From Octopus bimaculoides (lineage: Eukaryota): a stretch of DNA of 64,000 nucleotides. The translations under genes were made by a program, and so were the position numbers. How positions within the stretch are numbered: the stretch's first letter is position 1; every line of letters begins with the position of its first letter. Below, piece after piece: positions 26,179 to 40,700 of the stretch. Below the pieces are notes generated by a model that saw only the letters and a program-made list of their open reading frames with translations, searched no databases and was not told the origin of the DNA. Location of the stretch: the NCBI RefSeq assembly GCF_001194135.2, contig NC_068981.1, positions 160,695,166-160,759,165 of the forward strand, given 5' to 3'.

Positions 26179-29100
26179 GAGGCTTCGTACAATTTCTGTC
26201 AACCCAGCTCCATATATACACAACAGTAATCAACCTACCCGATTATGATATAAGACACTTGTCCAAGATGTCATGCGTTAGGATCGAACCGAGCACTATG
26301 TGATTACGAAGCAAATTTCGTAAGTCATCTAAAGTTCTTTTATATTTTTAGGCTTTAAGCAAAATACGGGAATACCTTCTTCAGAAGATTTACTCATTTA
26401 GGAAACCGATGACAAATTACCAAGTACCCCAAAACACTATGCTTAAATTCAGGTCGGTTGCTACCTTTTCTTTCTGTTGCATTTTTTTATTTATTTTTTA
26501 TTTGTGGAAGTGTATTTTGTAACGAATATAGATTTGATATTGAGATAAATGTGGAGAATGGCAACGTCATTTGCAAAAAGTGTAGAATGTAAAAAAAAAC
26601 ATCAATAAAATAATGTTTGGAATTTTTTTACTCCAAGGTATACGTAGGTAACTTACAAGTATTTAATTAGAAAAAACATTTAAAAAAAAAAATCCAATTA
26701 ATTTTCATATANNNNNNNNNNNNNNNNNNNNNNNNNNNNNNNNNNNNNNNNNNNNNNNNNNNNNNNNNNNNNNNNNNNNNNNNNNNNNNNNNNNNNNNNN
26801 NNNNNNNNNNNNNNNNNNNNNNNNNNNNNNNNNNNNNNNNNNNNNNNNNNNNNNNNNNNNNNNNNNNNNNNNNNNNNNNNNNNNNNNNNNNNNNNNNNNN
26901 NNNNNNNNNNNNNNNNNNNNNNNNNNNNNNNNNNNNNNNNNNNNNNNNNNNNNNNNNNNNNNNNNNNNNNNNNNNNNNNNNNNNNNNNNNNNNNNNNNNN
27001 NNNNNNNNNNNNNNNNNNNNNNNNNNNNNNNNNNCCCCCCCCCCCCCAAGGAAAAATGATAACTTGAAAGCTTAGAAGTATCTAATTAGAAATGACATCA
27101 AAATATTGCAAGAGTAGAAATCTCAAAGCAATGCTATTAGTAACCTATAATTCACTTTCGTTTTGGGATTTCAAGGAAAACATACTTCTCTTTTTTTTTT
27201 TTTTTTTGCATTCCCCATTTATTGGAAATTGCACTACAATTCTCCACACTTGCTGACATTTATAATGTAGAAGCCCTGTGTTTAGTGGCTATGAAGTATA
27301 TGTTAACACTCGCGGAGTTGTTTTGTTTCAATTCAGCGCTGATTGTATAGACCTATGATCAAAAAGCGTTCCAGTAATAACCATTTCGTATTTTATTCAG
27401 ACACAATATATCTATAAATATCTTATTCAGTATGTCCTTTTAGTTTGAAGATATTAAAGGTGTGCTTAGAAAGAGATTTTACTGCTATTTCTAGCAGGTG
27501 CAATTACTACTCAAAAAATTATCTTGACCGGCGTACTAATTAGTAATTACGGAGTTGTGTCCCTTAATTATTTCTTTTTAGTGATATTTAGTGCCATACG
27601 CTTTAGCATAGCAAGGGAAGTCACTTAAATCACAGTTCACATTTATAACGGGGTTTGAAGACGAAGCAGTGTTGTTATTTACGCTCAACAAGTACGTGAG
27701 ACAATATTGTATATGTATTAGTCTGTGTGAGTATATGTGTGTGTGTGTATATACATACTCTTTCACCTGTTTCAGTCATTTGACTGCGACCATGCTGGAG
27801 CACCGCCTTTAGTCGAACAAATCGACCCCAGGACTTATTCTTTGTAAGCCTAGTACTTATTCTATCGGTCTCTTTTGCCGAACCGCTAAGTTACGGGGAC
27901 GTAAACACACCAGCATCGGTTGTCAAGCGATGTTGGGGGGACAAACACAGACACACGAACATATACACACACATACATACATACATATATATATACGTAT
28001 ATACGACGGGCTTCTTTCAGTTTCTGTCTACCAAATCCACTCACAAGGCTTTGGTTGGCCCGAGGCTATAGTAGAAGACACTTGCCCGGAACCATGTGGA
28101 TAGTAAGCAAGCTACTTACCACACAGCCACTCCTGCGCCTATCCAGTAAATCATAAATCCGAAATAGAAACACACTCTAAGTTATAGAGCAGTAGAGTAT
28201 ATAGATAAAGATAGATATGGCTGGTCTATTGGGTTACCCTGGGTATCACTTCCATAACGGCTGGTCTATAGTGTACTCTGCATTTCACGTCCATAAAGCA
28301 TATAGCTTTACAGCATTTATTCAGACCCTAAAACCCGTTGGCCTTTGGCCTCTCTAGCCATAGGCTAATGGGTTTTAGGGTCTGAAGAAATGCTGTAAAG
28401 CTAAACACTTTATGAAGTGAAACCCAGGGTAATCCCAAAGACTGGCCATTTCTATCTTTATCTATCTATCTATATATATTGACTTCAAAGTTAATTTTGT
28501 TACCTTCATCAGAAAGCAAGTAAGGTGAAACTTCGAAGTTACTGTCAATTTATTTTTCTCTTAAAATCCAAATAAATATGATGTATTCTTTAAATATATT
28601 GAGTGATCCTTTCATTAATGTTTTACAATTATATATAATCTCATTTGGCAAATACTCTACTGAAAATTTATTTCAGTTGAACATTATAGGTATGTCTGTT
28701 TGTCTTGCTAGGTTCTTCAATGAATTCCTCATGAGCCATGAAAGACAAGTAGCCAAAGAAATTCGTGATGAATATGTGGACACTATGAGCAAAGTTTATT
28801 ATTCTTATTTTAAAGGATACACAAGTCGACTCATGAAACTTCAGGTATTCCTTTATAGTTTATTATTTACATATTTAGCTAGCAAGATTTTTCAAAAATA
28901 ATTATCTTAAATGAAGGGAACTATAAATTCAGCTAATTATTAGAAGTTTTAGCTGATGAATATGAAAAAAGAGAGAGCTCATTATTTCATATGAAGTGTA
29001 TAAAGAAATTATATTTTGTACTAGCAGTTAATTTCCATTTTTTTTTCATATCACTAATTTCTCTGATAACTTTTAGAAGAATCTACTAGTAGATACAGTG

Positions 29101-32100
29101 AACCAGACTACAGCTGTAGAGAGTAAAACCAAGACTTTAACACTATTCTGCATCACTTCATCAAAATTGACTTTTTAAAGGTGCCTAATCTTTAAAGAGC
29201 ATTATTTTCTGGCCTCAGTGGTTTAATAAACATTTAACCCTTTAGCATTTAAACTGGCCAAATATGTAATACTTGTAGCTTCAAGATTTTAATTATGCCA
29301 TTCTAAAAATAAGCAATCATATCATTGAAATAATGATGATACAAGATAATACATGATTAATTTTTTAAAAAGTGTTTAAATAAATATTACATTTGATAAA
29401 TCAATATGAATGCTAAAAGTTAAATAACAAAGACTATAGATGATTATTACATGTAATGACACTATTTATGATGGGTCATGTAACAGGCAGTTTGTAGTGA
29501 ACATCACTTAGGTTTTCTTATCTAGTTTACCCTCTCTGCTAATCCACAAGTCATATGATACTTTCAAGGAGAGAACTTCATTAGTGATCTCACTTGTAGA
29601 AGATGGGGAGCAAAAATCATGGTTTAGACTATTTTTAGAATTTCATTTTCTTAGAAGGGATTTTGTGATCATAGAATTAGTACTTTATGACAGGTTAATA
29701 TTTCAAACTGAATGTATTTGCTTACATTTCTTTTACAGTATGAAGAGCTTGCAGACAAAGATGACTTGATGGGAATTGAAGATACAGCAAAGAAAGATAT
29801 CCTTAAATTTCAATATTTGTAAATTTTATATTCATACATTCATTCATTCATTCATTCACCAGGGTGAATCTCTCCCTTGATTCTTGTTAACACCATCATC
29901 ATCATCATCATCATCATCATTTAGCACCTGCCTTCCATGCTGGCATAGAGTAAATGGTTTGATTGGAACTGGCAAGTTGAAGAGCTACATCAAGTTCCAG
30001 TCTAATTTAGCATGGTTTCTACAGCTGGATGCCCTTCCTATCGCCAACCACTCCAAGAGTGTAATGGGAGTTTTTTATGTGTCACCAGCATGGGTGCCAG
30101 TCGTGTGACACTGGCATCAGCCATGACTATGATTTCACTTGGCTTGACGAGTCTTCTCAAGCACAGCATATCACCAAAGGTTTTGGTCACTAGTCATTGC
30201 CTCTTTAAGGCCCAACATTTGAAGATCATGCTTCACCACCACATTCCATGTCTTCCTGGGGTCACCTCTTCCACAGGTTCCCTTCACACTTAGAGATTGG
30301 CACTTCTTCACACAGCTGTCCTCATCTATACACATCACATGGTCATACTAGTGCAGTTGCCTCTCTTGCACACCACATCTGATGCCTCTTATGTCCAACT
30401 TTTCTCTCAAGATGCTCACACTGTCATACATGCACACTGACTTTGCACACCCAGTGAAGCATACTGGTTTCATTTCTTTCAAGTCTACGCATGTCCTCAG
30501 CAGTCACAGCCCATGTTTCACTGCTGTGTAGCATAACTGTTCACACACAAGTATCATACAATCTGCCTTTCACTTTGAGGGAGAGGTCTTTAGTTACCAA
30601 CAGAAGTAGGAGCTCTCTGAATTTTCCCACCCTGTTCTTATGCTAGCAGCTACACTCTCAGAACATCTCCCTTCTGCTACTGACTTGGTCACCTAGATAA
30701 TGGAAACTATCAACTATTTATTAATGCTGGCATTTGTTTCAAGTATTTTCTATACTCACCACTTTAAGGTTTTGTTGGTGAGCTGGGTTTTTTCGTCTTT
30801 TAGGTACCTAGGTGAAATTTAATTAAGAATGCAAAGAGTCAGAGTAAATATCACAGGGCATCTGATCCAACATTTTTGCAATTTGTCTATCCACCATTCT
30901 TGAGTAGTAATTTTTTTTTTATCAACCTTTAAAGGATGGAAGGTAAAGCTGACCTCAGCAAGATTTGCAGAGTAATGACAAATATCACTAAGTGTTCTAT
31001 CCAACACTCTAACAACTTTGCCAATTCACTGCCTTTTATGTTTTATATTGATTAATGTAATTAATTTAAGATGTACCATATTCGAAAGTAAGTCATTTCA
31101 CATTGTCATGTCACTGAAATATATTTAAAAATGATTCCTTAATGTTCACAAGGTTTTTCTCTTCAAAGCCTTCTTTAAAGAACAGATCCACAGTGTTCAC
31201 TGTAGGAGATAGAGGGGAAGTACTAACTACTCAGCTTGAAGCTCCTGTTATTGTCCCACATGCTGCTCAGAAAAATGAAACCCGGGTATGTCCCAGCTAT
31301 AATTAATATCTCCTTACTTTGAATAGTTCTTGTTGACTATGGCTATCCTACAAAGATAACTGATTGAATGCTTAAAACTCTTGAGATATCTTGTGACAAC
31401 TGAAAATGTTTTGGTTGCTTTTTCTCATGAGTTGTAGTGCATCTGAGCACTGTATACAGTAAGTTCATTCATTCATCAGGGTATTTGTCACTCCTAGAGG
31501 GATCCCTCTCTTGATTCTGGTTGACACCATCTATTAGGGTTTAAAGGGTTAAATGTAATGTGATTCCATTATAAAGACAATAAGGAGATTTACCTGCTAT
31601 TGGTCAAACAATTGCATAAAAGTTCTTTCTGTTTATACTCTGTCAGAATTGGTAATTTATTTCCATTACACAGAGTTATGATTGTAGTCAAAGAGCTGAG
31701 GAACAGATTATTTGCTTTATTGAACCTACTTCAATTTAGATCCTATATATTATCTCTAACCCTTATACTTCAAATAAATAACATCATGGAGTTATTTCAG
31801 TTTACTTCACTCTTCACCCTCAAAAACTTTGATTTGTATTTTCATCATCATTAAGCATCCCTTTTTTTCATTCTGGCGTGGGTTGGGTGGTTCAATATAA
31901 ACTGATGAGCCAGAAAGCTGCACCAAGCTCCAGTGTCCGTTCTGGCATAGTTTCTACTGATGGATGACATTCCTAGCAAGAACCACTTCACAGAGTGACA
32001 GAGTGTACTGGGTGCTTTTTTGTGGTACCTGCATTGGAGAAGCTGCCCACATACCCACAAAACTTCACCATGTACTAGTGAAGTCTGGTGAAGTTACCAA

Positions 32101-34911
32101 GACTCCTCAACTGAGTGGGGTATAGTATTGAGAGATATAAAAGTATGATACAAGGACAAGAGCTGGTGCCTTACTGAAGGGATGAATGATTTTCCTATCT
32201 GGAGAGAGAGAGAGAGAGAGAGAGACAGATGTGAGGTCAAAGTACAGGGTGAATATGAGAAAGAGAGAATAGGATAGAAAAATAGGAAAGGTGTACCTTC
32301 ATTATTATTTGTTTTACAGTGTTTGTGTTTCTTGTCGAGAGAAATGTTTTATAACATATATATATATATTTTATAACATTTTTATTTTTCTCTCCATCTT
32401 CTCCTTTAGTATACATTTGAAAAGCTGTTTCGCAGTCAGCACTACACTTTGATGGATAATTGTTGTCGAGAATATTTGTTCATTGTGGACTTCTTCATGG
32501 TATCAGTTGGAAGTACAGCAGCTCAGGAACTTTTCAATAGCATCATGGGGAAAACACTATCAATGTTTTTGGTATGTAGCTAGTTTTCTATTTCTTGACT
32601 TCAATTCTACACATTCAACATTTTCTTTACCTACATCATCATCATCGTTTAACGTCTGCTTTCCATGCTAGCATGGGTTGGACGATTTGACTGAGGACTG
32701 GTGAACCAGATGGCTACACTAGGCTCCAATCTGATTTGGCAGTTTCTACAGCTGGATGCCTTTCCTAATGCCAACCACTCCGAGAGTGTAGTGGGTGCTT
32801 TTACGTGCCACCGGCACGAAGGCCAGTCAGGAGGTACTGGCAATGGCCACGCTCGAAATGGTGTATTTTACGTGCCACCTGCACAGGAGCCAGTCCATAT
32901 ATATGTACTAGTTACTTCACAAGCCAGCAAAGGTGCCTCTGTCTATTGTAATGGGTAAAGTGAAATTGTTATCTGCCCATCTATGAAAAAGGACATTGAT
33001 ACATTGGATAATATAGTTCTAGATAGATTATGTCTAACAAAGACAATCATCATTGCTGGAATAGTTTTAATCATTGGGCAACATTATCAGGTGTAACCTA
33101 GAGCTAAACAACAATATTGTTTAGGTATTTAGTTTTTATTTGTCCATTTCTACATGCGATACAATTTCAATGGAAATACTGCAAATTGTCTGCTAAGAGA
33201 GATTTAAGACTTTCCAAATAAAATAATTCTATTGAAATATAGAAGGAACTGAAATGGTATGATATGTCTAAATTATGTGCTTGAGAAAAGAATTTGCGCA
33301 AATCAGAAAAATATCTAGCTCCAAATTTGGCCTCTTATAACTGCCACTTCTGTCATTATTTTCACACCTGATTTTTCCATGCTTGCATGAGTTGGGCAGG
33401 TCCTTCCAAGCATAGTGTCATGTCATTTATGACATTCCTATGTCACCTCCTTTGTGTACACACACACACACACACACATTCCTGCAGCCCAATGTCACTG
33501 TTCTCTCTCTCTCCTGTTCTCTCTCTCTCTCTCTCTCCCACTCACTACATTTCCCTTTCCCTCCCCTCTTCCCCTTTGCATTCATGTGAACTCCCTGCTT
33601 GTACCTACTGTCCAATTCTCTACCACTCCATTTACATTCACCTCCTTGTACCTTAAGAGTACACCCTAGATCATAGCCACCATTTCTCTCTCACTGGGGT
33701 AGCCATGCTTCTCCTCTACAGCAAGACATCTGTTTCTGTCCCTCTATCATAGTTTAATCTCTCATCACCTGACACAAAGCCACCCCTCTCAGTTGAGGGA
33801 TCACGGTCTTGGAACTTACTCAGTCACCTCGCCAGTGCTGGTGCCACATCCAAAAGCACCTTGTAGAAACCATGCCAAAGCAGACAGTAAAACTTGGTAC
33901 AGTCCTCTGGCTTGTCAGCTCCTGTCAAACTGTCCAACCCATGCTAGTGTGGAAGATGGATGTTAAATGATGATGATATATATACCAATGAATTAGCAAC
34001 AAGTTCATCAAAAACAAATTCTCAATTTTATATTGCTTGATACCCACTAGATCCTGTGAAAACCACCCAACCCATGCCAGCGTAGAAAATAGACATTAAA
34101 TGATGATGTGTGTGTGTGTATACACACATACATACAAATAGTCTCTTTCAATTCATTTATAAATACTCCTTTCTACTGGAGGTACAAGGTCTCAAATTTG
34201 TGGGGAGCAGGACTAGTCGATTACATTGACTCCAATGTTTCACTGGTACTTAATTTATCGACCCCGAAAGGATGAAAGGCAAAGTTGACCTCAGTGGAAT
34301 TTGAACTCAGATCTGAGCGATGAGTGAAATACCACTAAGCATTTTGTCCAGCGTGCTAACGATTCTGCCAGCTCGCTGCCTTAATTCATTTATAAATATC
34401 TTTTCTTTAAAAATTTTTCTATTGAACTATTTCTTATTCTGAAAACAAAAAAAAAAAAAAAAAAATTTAAGTATGTTTTTATTTTCTTTGTTGATTTTCT
34501 AAAGTTTTCTCCTGTAGTTATTTATTTTATGCACAAAATTTAATGCAGTAGTTTTCAAACTTTGAAATGTTATTGGCTAAGTGATTTGTCACTATTGCTT
34601 GATTTACAGGAACAAGTCTATTATAGGCCTAAGAAAAAGGTAGGAGGCATGTAGGAGTAAATTTGTCATTATTGTCATTTGTTACCCCCAAGGCAGCCTC
34701 TAGTAAGCAAACTTGTCATGCAGGATGTTCTAGCTATGACTGTCTTGTATTTTTTGTTCTTGTAAACAAAGCATGGTGATATGTTAAGAAGTTCAGTTTA
34801 CAACTTACATGGTTCTGAGTTTGATTCCACTATCCCTCATTTTGATAATATAGCTTTGGGTCAACCTAACCTAGTGAAATTTGATAAATGGAAACCATGT
34901 GCCAGCCTATT

Positions 34912-34946
<35 letters not shown>

Positions 34947-37755
34947 CCTTTAATTTACAAGTAGGAGGAAAAGTATTAATACTTGATATGTATAATAATT
35001 GTCATTCATTTATCTGAAGTTGAAGCTTCCCTAAGTGAGTTTTGTAAAAAATGGAAACATGGAACTCAGAGTAGCAATGGAGGGAAACCCCATTTTCAAA
35101 TAAATAAATGTATTTGCTGGCACAAGCATGTTGTTACAAAGTTCCTTTTGCAAGTACATACTTGGTTCCAAGTTTGATCCCATTGCATGATACCATGAAC
35201 AAATGTCTTCTACTGCAACCTTGGATGAGCATTGCTGTGACTGAAATTTGGTTGGCTAACCACAGTTCAATGACTGAAACCAGTAAAAGAATTGAATATC
35301 TAGGATTAAATTATTTAAAGTGTTATGCAATAGCATAGAGGATCCCATTGACTTATTATCAGGGCTGGCCCTAGGGTTGCTGGCACCCTGGGCAAGCTGA
35401 ACTTCAGTGTGTGCAAACTGATGGTTGTGGAAATTTCTTTGTCTTTGTCATGCCCTCCTTGGTGCCCCGGGTGACTGCCTGAATTGCTGGTACCTTGAGA
35501 CGGTCCTGCTTATTACCATAATAGTAGTTGTTTAACTGCAGGTCAGCCTTGATTGAACAGAACTATGATCAGAGATCTTCCAGTCATGACTATCCTGTTC
35601 TTTCTTTGTCAGTCATGGTATCTATCTATATATATAAAGATGAGAATGTGTATCTGTCTGTGTGTGTGTGTGTGTGTGTGTGTCTGTCTGTGTGTCTGTC
35701 TGTGTGTGTGTGTCTGTCTGTGTGTGTGTGTCTGTCTGTGTGTGTGTGTNNNNNNNNNNNNNNNNNNNNNNNNNNNNNNNNNNNNNNNNNNNNNNNNNNN
35801 NNNNNNNNNNNNNNNNNNNNNNNNNNNNNNNNNNNNNNNNNNNNNNNNNNNNNNNNNNNNNNNNNNNNNNNNNNNNNNNNNNNNNNNNNNNNNNNNNNNN
35901 NNNNNNNNNNNNNNNNNNNNNNNNNNNNNNNNNNNNNNNNNNNNNNNNNNNNNNNNNNNNNNNNNNNNNNNNNNNNNNNNNNNNNNNNNNNNNNNNNNNN
36001 NNNNNNNNNNNNNNNNNNNNNNNNNNNNNNNNNNNNNNNNNNNNNNNNNNNNNNNNNNNNNNNNNNNNNNNNNNNNNNNNNNNNNNNNNNNNNNNNNNNN
36101 NNNNNNNNNNNNNNNNNNNNNNNNNNNNNNNNNNNNNNNNNNNNNNNNNNNNNNNNNNNNNNNNNNNNNNNNNNNNNNNNNNNNNNNNNNNNNNNNNNNN
36201 NNNNNNNNNNNNNNNNNNNNNNNNNNNNNNNNNNNNNNNNNNNNNNNNNNNNNNNNNNNNTGTGGGTGTCTGTCTGTGTGTGTGTCTGTCTGTGTGTGTG
36301 TCTGTCTGTGTGTGTGTCTGTCTGTGTGTGTGTCTGTGTGTGTCTCTGTCTGTGTGTGTCTCTGTCAGTGTGTGTGTCTGTCTGTCTGTGTGTGTCTCTG
36401 TCTGTGTGTCTGTCTGTGTGTCTGTCTGTCTGTGTGAATCCCTAAAACTCGAGAACTACACAACCGATTTCATTCAAATTTTACACATGCCTTACTTAGG
36501 GGCCAAACAAATTTCAAGTTCCTGCTTAATGCGAACCCAGAGCAATCTCTTATCTCCTCCACTATTGCAGTATTACGTGTCACTAGTGGAAAAATAACAA
36601 CTCTCTATTGTAATGTCAGATAGTTTCACTATTAATACTGTAACTATTAAAGTGAAACTATTATTTCACATATATACATACATACATAGTCTGTCTCCCT
36701 AAAACTCGAGAACTACACAACTGATTTCATTCAAATTTTACACATGCCTTACCTAGGGTCCATGTAGTGTCATAGGCCCCAAAAATTTTCAACTTCCTGT
36801 CTAATGTGATCCACTATTTCAGTATTACATGTCAAAGTGGTACAATAACATTTCTGTATTGTAATGTCTGATACTTTCACTTTAATAGTTTCGCTATTAA
36901 TACTGAAACTATTAAAGTGAAGCTATTATTTCACATACATACATATGTATATGTGTAGATGTATAGATATACATGTATATATATGTGTACATATATATGT
37001 ATATATATAGATGTATCGTCTGACTGGCCTTCGTGCGGGTGACACGTAAAAGCACCTACTACACTCTCTGAGTGGTTGGCGTTAGGAAGGGCATCCAGCT
37101 GTAGAAACTCTGCCAAATTTAGATTGGAGCCTGGTGTTGCCATCCGGTTTCACCAGTCCTCAGTCAAATCGTCCAACCCATGCTAGCATGGAAAGCGGAC
37201 GTTAAACGATGATGGTGATGATGATGATGTAATATGTACACATATATATATGCACATATATACATGCATATATTTATACGTATATATATGTACACATACA
37301 TACATATATACATATACGAAGACACATGCCAAGTTGCCACACAGTGGGACTGAACCCAGGATGATGTGTTTTGGAACCAAGTTTCTTACCACACAGCTAC
37401 ACCTGCACCTATATATATATGTATGCATGTATGTCATCATCNNNNNNNNNNNNNNNNNNNNNNNNNNNNNNNNNNNNNNNNNNNNNNNNNNNNNNNNNNN
37501 NNNNNNNNNNNNNNNNNNNNNNNNNNNNNNNNNNNNNNNNNNNNNNNNNNNNNNNNNNNNNNNNNNNNNNNNNNNNNNNNNNNNNNNNNNNNNNNNNNNN
37601 NNNNNNNNNNNNNNNNNNNNNNNNNNNNNNNNNNNNNNNNNNNNNNNNNNNNNNNNNNNNNNNNNNNNNNNNNNNNNNNNNNNNNNNNNNNNNNNNNNNN
37701 NNNNNNNNNNNNNNNNNNNNNNNNNNNNNNNNNNNNNNNNNNNNNNNNNNNNNNN

Positions 37756-37786
<31 letters not shown>

Positions 37787-40700
37787 AGTTAGTGAGACCA
37801 CTTAATTTAGTCATTTTTCCTAAGCCAAGATGAATACAATTGTACTCTTGGAAGCTGTAGAGTCACCCGAGCATACAAAATGAGCGTTATTTATAATTCA
37901 ATGGTACAACACTGTAAAAGTTTGCTTTGAGATATACTTAGATTATGATTTCTGCAATGTGGTGCATAAATTGCCAAGTAAAGGAGAGGCATCTTTGCCT
38001 CTACTGACTCAATTGCAATGTGTTATTTTGAGTAAAGTTATTTGGTTGCAGACCTCCTTTGAGTCTTTTTATTATGACTGGCTCAGAGATAGTCCCCAGA
38101 CGGTAACATTGATTTCAAGGCCTTCCCAGATAAGTGACTGGTCATTCAAAGAGATTTATAAATTGCCAAGATCACTATGCCGATAGGTAACTGAACAGAA
38201 TAAATTTGCAAACTCCAGAGGTGACACTTTCATTTCCCCTTAGCCCTCACATCACACAGTTGTTAATGTTTATTTGAGTTGGGTCATGCCCTTCCAATTA
38301 CTATAGATCCATAATGCATCTTACGACTGAGGAATCCTACATTGGGGAGTTGTAATGACTAGGGTAGGGTAGCTGACTGCTTATTGTGATCATTCGTCTT
38401 TTGGTTTCCTGTAACTTTGCTCTCTTTTACAAACCCAGTGAACATTCATATATTTACGATTTCAAAGAAATTTGAACAATAGATATAAGACCCAAGTTAA
38501 AAAAAAAGATTCCCAACAATTCAACTTCTCTGGTTGACTTTAATTCCCACATTTCAGAGCTCCATTTTTCAGGAGCAAAAACCTTTGAATAAGTTTCATA
38601 AGATTTGGATTTTGGAATCTGGGCATAAAGATGAGTAGTATGGGATAAATATGTCATGATTAGAATTTTTGTTAGGGTGTGTAAAGAAGGAAAGAACCCT
38701 CATTAAAATTCTTAATCTGCAATTTTGATGAAATTCAAATCATAGCTATTCCAGTTCATTAGAGAAAATATGAAAGAAATGTCTAATTCTTCAGTTCTAT
38801 GTGACATGGTCAAAGCCTGGTATCTCTGCTAGTATTTAATATATCCTTCCTTTTTCTGAATCACTAAAGTTTGATATGAAGGAGATTTAGCTGCCATTTC
38901 TGTGAGATTGAGTATGTAGAGAATTCATCCCATTTCCAATAAAAACAACAAAAATTGAAAAGTACTGTCTTATGTTTTAAATTTTTTAATTGACTACTTT
39001 TTGTTAATTGTAGTTTTGAATTTATTTATTTATTTTCTCTTTCCAGAAACATATGGAAGTTTACACAAATGATTGCTTTGATTCTATTGCCATCTTTCTC
39101 TGCATTCATATCATTAATCGTTATCGTACCATCATGCTTAAACGCAATGTACCTGCTCTGGAGAGGTTGGTTTCATTTTTACTTTATTTGTTGTCACATT
39201 ACACATTCAACAAGTTGTCTTGATTTTGTATCTTTCAACAGCACAACAACACAATCCTGAAAACAGTTTCTCATCTTGCAGTCAACAGCAACATGCAATT
39301 AATGATTTTAAAGTCATTACAAATGCTAGGACTCACAATCTCTAATGAGCTTATGGCAACCTAATATAACACTTAAAACTGCATCTCAAAAGCTGGTTTT
39401 CCAATGCAAGGCCAGGAAATTCTTCATCTTCATTTGATTTCTGGCCCTCTACAAAGCTCAAGTAAAACTCACAATGGACTCGTGCTTTTATATCTGAAAT
39501 GTTACTGCTGTTACATATATACATCCTAACCTGCATCCAAAAAGTAGCTAGGAATTCTAATTATATCATGGTCTTCATATACCAGAAGTTTATTTCTTGC
39601 TTTTCAGCTCTTGGCAATAGAGTTTTTTTGTTTTATTGAATCAGTTTACCCATGCAAGCATGACTAATTGGATATAAAGCTAGAAATATAGTGCTAATAT
39701 ATATTTTATCACATTCTTCTGGGTTAGTAAAATAACTAACTGTAATGTACTGGGAAAGTGTGGTAAAATTGATCTTGGTAGAGTTTGAACTTGGTATAAC
39801 AAGTTACTGAACTAGTAACAGTAAAAATCTAGTCTAATATTACATTAAATTCTACCTCTCTTCAATAATTACGCCCCAGGATCTCCACTCTTAGTTATTA
39901 TTAATTAATTGTTAAATGTGATATGATATCTGACAAGAAGAGGTGTAACATATTACTGGAATTAAAAACCGGATGAATAGAGAAGCTTGTCAAAGTAGAT
40001 TTCCACGACTCAATGTTAAATGAAAATGTTTTGTGTTTAACTACTTAATACCTTGTATAATATTTCATCAACAACTATATCAAAGACATTCTATATCATC
40101 ATCATAATCATGGTCTTTGTCATCATTCTTATTGAAGGTACTGGCAAACACTTCAGGACATAATGTGGCCAAGATTCCAATATATACTTGAACTAAATAT
40201 TCATAGCGTTAAAGAATGTGATCCCCAGAAACTTGGACAAATTGATATCCGGCCCCATTATGTAAGTTTTCATCTTCATTTTTGAAATTGTTTCTTTTAT
40301 AATCAACTTGAGAGATAAATCATACTACCCTAACCCTAACTGCAATATATACGAGAGATGCTGAAAAGTTCCTGGCTTTAAGGGTATTGCGAAAGGCACA
40401 CACACACACACAGAGAGGCTTCTTTCAGTTTCTATCTACCAGATTCACTCACAAGGCTTTGGTCTACCTAAAGCTATAGTTGAAGACACATACCCAAGGT
40501 GCCATACACTGGGACCGAAGCCAGAACTATGTGGTTGGGAAGCAAACTTCTTACCACACAGCCATCATATATAGAAAATCTTAACGATATAAAAGACAGT
40601 TGTCTTCAACTGACTATTTTGGTACATCAGTCGATTGTTATTGTTGTTTTTGCTTAGCTCCAGGTCAACCCTGACTGAGCAGACCTATGTGCTGAAAAAT

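Noticed and set aside
31148-31153. Canonical AC or AG acceptor for VPS52 intron 11
   Set aside because: Both shift the frame in the sequence as given (see the AT-AA finding).
35528-37814. Longest ORFs in the track (130-311 aa)
   Set aside because: Made of N-gaps and TG/TA microsatellites. The same applies to ORFs at 5336, 26705, 55118-55529, 61182-61610 and 62716.
40326-40339. Telomere-like (CCCTAA)2
   Set aside because: Only two units; chance occurrence.
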